Assembly (NCBI GenBank): GCA_951406725.2
Contig: OX597819.1
Span: 74,152,001-74,216,000 of the forward strand
Length of the DNA: 64,000 nt
Direction of reading: 5' to 3'
From: Octopus vulgaris
Taxonomy: Eukaryota
Positions 53,790-64,000 of this stretch are shown one piece after another (the stretch's first letter is position 1; every line of letters begins with the position of its first letter). Under the pieces are notes generated by a model, which did not search any database, was not told the DNA's origin, and saw only the letters and a list, made by a program, of their open reading frames with translations. A program made the translations under genes and the position numbers.

Positions 53790-54216
53790 TTCATATATAC
53801 ATGCCTATACCTACGTTATTTAATTCATTGCATAAATTATTCCTTTTTCGTTTCCATTTCCTATTTTTTAATCTTTATTATAATATATACATTATATTCC
53901 TATGCATTATACTAATAAGACTTCTCTTCCTACTAAACACGCACACTCACACACACACACATACACACACACACACACACACATACACACCCACTCATAT
54001 ACGCCAACATCATTTCTATTATTTATTATATAATTGAAAATTTATATTTTTGTATGGAAACATTAAAGTCTTAATATTTTATTTTATATTCAATTGTTTG
54101 TGGTTTTGATTTTGATCTATGGGTGGATTACATCTTCATTACAAACATCCATATTATATTCACTATTTCTTCCGTTATTTCTTGACATGAAAAGATGTGA
54201 TTTATTTTATAAATAA

Positions 54217-55785
54217 CTAGCATTATGACCCGGCGTTGCCGGGTCATAGTGCTAGTGGATGTATATATGTGTATATATATGTGTACATATTTCATGTATA
54301 TCTATATATATACATCTACATATAAAATACAAAATACAAATTTATATCTTGATATCGCTAGTGATAACAATACTCAAAGTATATAACAGACTGGAATTGT
54401 AGGCTCGTCTCTTGCAATTGCGATCAATTGTATCTTGTCCTCCCTCTTGTGTGGTTACAATCCAGCCTACTTCTACCTCTGGGGGAACATTTTAAATTTT
54501 TATTCTGGACGTCCTACGTCCAAGATATGAAGGTAAAAATAAAATATTTCCACTTTGCAAGGTTCGAGTCGAATACTCCCTTGCACTCTCCGTTGACTTG
54601 AACCTTGCTTCTATTGTGGCGAATTTACGGCCTCTGGCTAGATACTTGATATCTTTCATAGTCGCACCAAGACACTTTTCGATGGTGCTTTCCTCCAGGT
54701 GTTCAAATCTATACATTATAGACAATAGTCTTTTCTTTAATTTAATTTCTTATTTCGTTTGGTTGTGTTATCCTAGATTCACCGTCTTTGTCGGTGATCA
54801 ATCCGAAATAGGTTTGTATTTCTTCCATTTTAATTTTAATGAGCTCGCGCCCGCCGACGGCTGCAGCGAAATTCATTTTTGGTCCTTCTTCTATCGAAGG
54901 CATTTTAACAAAAATGCTTCCGTATAAACGGTGAAAATATTGTCAGTTTCCCCAAACAGTGACACAATTCAATTTTTAAACAATAACCAAAGCTCCTTCT
55001 CCCAAAGGGAGAGAGTTACGGTTTACAATTATTTAACAAATGCAACATAACAACGTTCCTCTTACGAGGAACCAACAACCGTGATAACAATAGTTAAACA
55101 GTAATAATAATAACAACAAACCTTACGGTGAATCGAAAAGCAGTACACAGTTGAAGCTATAGTCCTTTATGTATAAGAAATAAACCAACAGCAGTACTCA
55201 GTAGAAGTGGCTGTTCGAGAAAACAGACATTACATACAGCCAAACTTCATATAGATACTTAATGCAAGGTAATTAGCAATTAATTTAATGTAAAAGCCGT
55301 GGTAAAGCGTATGTGCACAGCTCCATCTGGATTATTCCATTTCTGCACACTAATTTTATTTTTAATTTATTTCCATTCATGTAAAACCACTTATTCTTGT
55401 TCAAGTCATTGATGCAATTTTATACCAATTGATATTTTTACTTTTAATTGTTATGTTAGGATTTAATTATTATATTATACTTTAGTTTGATTTTAATTAT
55501 TACTTACTACATATCATTCAATTGTTATTATTATCTCTAATTTTTATTGTTAAAGTGAATGTATCTGACATAAAGTAGAGAAATGTTTTTGTTTCATTTT
55601 TAACACGTAATGCTGAAATAGTGGAGAAGATATGATATTGCTATGGACTCGCCCTAGGCAAGAAGTTGAACATTTTTTTGCCCATGAAACTACATGGTAA
55701 GGCAAGTGTAAATTTTGAATGAAATTTTAGGGACACACACAGACAGACAGACAAACACACATTCTCAGTTTTATATATAGAGAGA
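54217..55785 (-). mobile_element. Non-autonomous Helitron
   Basis: On the - strand it starts TCTCTCTATATATAA and ends CTAG, with a GC-rich hairpin at 54216-54256. Inserted between A and T of the empty site ttttataaataa|tttct seen in paralogous 3' flanks; no target-site duplication. Confidence 0.85.
54440..54760 (-). pseudogene. Non-LTR retrotransposon ORF1-like fragment carried inside the Helitron
   Basis: ORF 54492-54725 (IKYLARGRKFATIEARFKSTESAREYSTRTLQ..LPSYLGRRTSRIKI) resembles an RRM-type LINE ORF1; from recognition only. Confidence 0.45.
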
Positions 55786-56319
55786 TTTCTATTTATATTT
55801 CATGTTACAGTCATTTCTTTATCTTTAATGTATATTTTATATACATTATATTACAATGTATCTCCCCAATAGGACATTTATTCTTTCCGTGTTGATAGAA
55901 CAAGCACCAGTAATATAATGGGTTCGAATAAATTCACTTACCCCTCCAGCGAAATTACTGGCCTTGAACAAAAGTTGGAAGCTATGAATACATTCATCCA
56001 ACCTGTGCCAGATGGAATCATTTCCTCTTTTGAAGAGAACGATTAAAGCAACTGAGAGGAAAATACGTAGATGTTGCAAACCTAGAAAAACCTTTCTTCT
56101 CTTTTTCGTCCTTCCAATTTTATGACGTGATTATGTCATACTGCCCTCACTAGAGAAAATGCAGCAGGACGAAATGTTCCGGGACTCGTGAATCCCTAAG
56201 GAAGCTTAGCAAAATATCACAATTGATATTTTTAACATTGATCTCAGTTATATGGCTACACCTCTGTTGAGTAATCTTTTAAGAAAATCTCATATATACC
56301 ATAGGAAAATGCTTCCTTC

Positions 56320-56640
56320 TGGACGTCACAGAGTTAGTTGGAAATGTCGTCCTTTTCCTGCTCAGAGGTGACCATGTTTGGAGCGTAGCACCTAACAAGC
56401 ATAGCGCAAGTGTTGTAATGAAACCGTGACATTATAGTCATTATGCGATCAGAAATACCTTTGGGTATAGATAGAAGTGGTTTGGCTATTTCTGTCACGA
56501 TGGTGAAACAAACGCCAGAGTGGCGTGTCTCGTTCTCATTTCTTCAGAACAGAAACATGCGTGTCCATTTTTCCATTCTTCTAACTGTGGTGAATCACTG
56601 AATGCGGCATTGTCAATGTTGTACACATTTACTGGAAGGG
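56320..56640 (-). mobile_element. RTE-clade LINE apurinic endonuclease remnant
   Basis: The - strand reads HSGVCFTIVTEIAKPLLSIPKGISDRIMTI..MLVRCYAPNMVTSEQEKDD, matching the APE pattern GVGF..ISDRIM..YAP..EKD. Confidence 0.7.
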
Positions 56641-57026
56641 CAATCAGTTCTCTTTCTCTTTCTATTACTGAGTAGTTTTCATGGAGAGCGCGCGCATTCC
56701 AAGAGACAAGGTTAATATTCTAATTTTCTGCATGTTTTTACCGCGTTACTGGATAATCCGTCAGCTGAGGCCGGCTGCCAAGTAAAAGGTGAGGAAGCAA
56801 TATTTATGACTCATTTATAAAATATATCAAATCTTTTCACGTCAAGAAATAACGGAACAAATAGTGATATAATATGGATGTTTGTAAGGACGTTTTAATC
56901 CATCCATAGAACAAAATCAAAAACACAAACAACTGAATATAAAATAAAATATTAACACTTTATTGTTTTCATACAAAAATATATATTCTCAATTATATAA
57001 TAAATAATAGAAATGATTTTGGCGTA

Positions 57027-57079
<53 letters not shown>

Positions 57080-57139
57080 GTGTGTGTGTATACATGAAAG
57101 TTTTACAGGACTAATGCATTAGAATATAATATATTTTCT

Positions 57140-57345
57140 TTTCTACTCCAGGCACAAGGATCGGAATTTTGGGTGAGGGAGCTTGTCGATTAGATCGATC
57201 AGTGCACGCAGGTTCTACTTCATCTATCGACCTCGAAAGGATGAAAGACAAACTGGACCACGGCGGAATTTGAACTCAGAACGTAAAGACAGACAAAATA
57301 ACGCTAAGCATTTCGCCCAGTGTGTTAACGATTCTGCCATCTCGC
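57140..57345 (-). mobile_element. Octopus-type SINE-like repeat fragment
   Basis: Contains atcgacctcgaaaggatgaaag..ggcggaatttgaactcagaacgtaaag..aagcatttcgccc, a repeat I recognise from octopus DNA. Absent from paralogous 3' flanks. Confidence 0.55.
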
Positions 57346-57460
57346 AGACTTATATATATTATATATATATTAAAGATTACAAAAATAGTAAATAAAATAG
57401 GGAAATTAATAATCTATACAATGAATTAAATAATGTAGATATAGGTATGTATATATAAAA

Positions 57461-57499
<39 letters not shown>

Positions 57500-57844
57500 G
57501 GTATGTTATATATAAAAATATATAGGTATGTTATACATAAAAATATATATAGATTGATGTGCCACAGTCCCACTGGTGTAATACCAATAACATCGATGTA
57601 ACACGATATTAAATAGAAATATTTATTTCATAAAGGAGAAATATATATTGTTTACGATTATAAACGTGATAAGAAAATATAAGATAAAAATTAATGGAAA
57701 TATTGGTATTTAACGATAAATATAATCGTCGATATGATTATTAAGTGGTGAAGCTAAAACACTTCTACATAATTGAAACGATACACTTGTATCTGATTTT
57801 TCTCTAACTGAGATTGGTTCCAGAAGTATTAGAACAGGAATTAA

Positions 57845-63332
<5,488 letters not shown>

Positions 63333-63937
63333 TTTGTGTGACTTTTCGTTATGAGAATGATTTTGAGAGAACGTCAAGTTGTAGTTCCTTTGCTTGTTAC
63401 GAATTATTGTGTTTAAGTGACGATGGAATATCGGCTTATATAGTGGTTTTAGCAGTGATAGGTTTGAAAAATCCCATTCTATGTGATGGCCTTCATGAAG
63501 CTGGAAGATATCATCTTCCTTTATCTATTATTTAAATTTAGTTTACGAAAATTGCTCGCTTTCATTTCTGGCGGAAGTTGAAGCTTGTGCTAATATTTTA
63601 CTTTCAGTGTGACAGATTTAGGTTTACGGGAAGAGGAAAGCTTTTATGAATGAACTATTTTTATCACAGTATATAGGTCACAGTCCAATTGCTAGTAGGT
63701 TACTTTCGCTTATCGGGAAATAACCGAGCGGGAAATAGTGAGTTACAGTTTCATGTTACAAATCGTTGTTACTATCGCCGTCGCCAACGTCTTCGTCGTC
63801 ATTATCATTATCATCATCATGTGTATCATCTCCATCAATATAAGAATATGGCAAGAACAGAAACCTACGACTAGATGATAGTTATGACGACGAGAATCAA
63901 CCTAACAGACTGTTTATGGAATTAATAATAATAATAA

Positions 63938-64000
63938 TGTTCGTCCTTCGGTTCGAAGATGACCAACTGACATCATCGGATGGAACTGCTGCCATGAGAC
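63938..64000 (-). mobile_element. Possible RTE-like LINE 3' end with (ATT)n tail, cut by the window edge
   Basis: The - strand ends gtcatcttcgaaccgaaggacgaac followed by (ATT)n; only ~60 nt visible. Confidence 0.35.

Overview
AT-rich, microsatellite-dense eukaryotic DNA. Its SINE repertoire looks like Octopus (coleoid cephalopod); this is my recognition, not a database result. There is a 100-N assembly gap at 29958-30057. The window is almost entirely a cluster of nine copies (G1-G9) of one four-exon gene in strictly alternating orientation (-,+,-,+,[gap],-,+,-,+,-). Six copies look intact, one (G8) is probably disabled, and two (G4, G5) run into the gap. The ORF track misses the gene because it is spliced: a 10-nt coding exon 1 (ATG AAT AAC T|GTAAGT), then exons of 158, 498 and 159 nt with intron phases 1,0,0. 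The product is a 274-aa secreted protein (MNNYWQYILVLCISVWTSFIQG/ASIKPT...NINHIQNTLQSFM) with 6 conserved mature Cys, 5 N-glycosylation sequons and several long amphipathic helices. Each promoter has a TATA box with an NF-kB-type site (GGGATTTTCC) just upstream and STAT-like sites further out; head-to-head pairs share a spacer carrying additional kB sites. My inference is an expanded, possibly undescribed family of immune-inducible long-chain helical cytokine-like proteins; I recognise no homolog. The rest is mobile DNA: Tc1/mariner elements, tRNA-derived SINEs, RTE LINE remnants, a Helitron carrying a LINE fragment, and Penelope-like inserts with hammerhead ribozyme motifs, including a perfect 154-bp-arm palindrome holding two back-to-back hammerheads.
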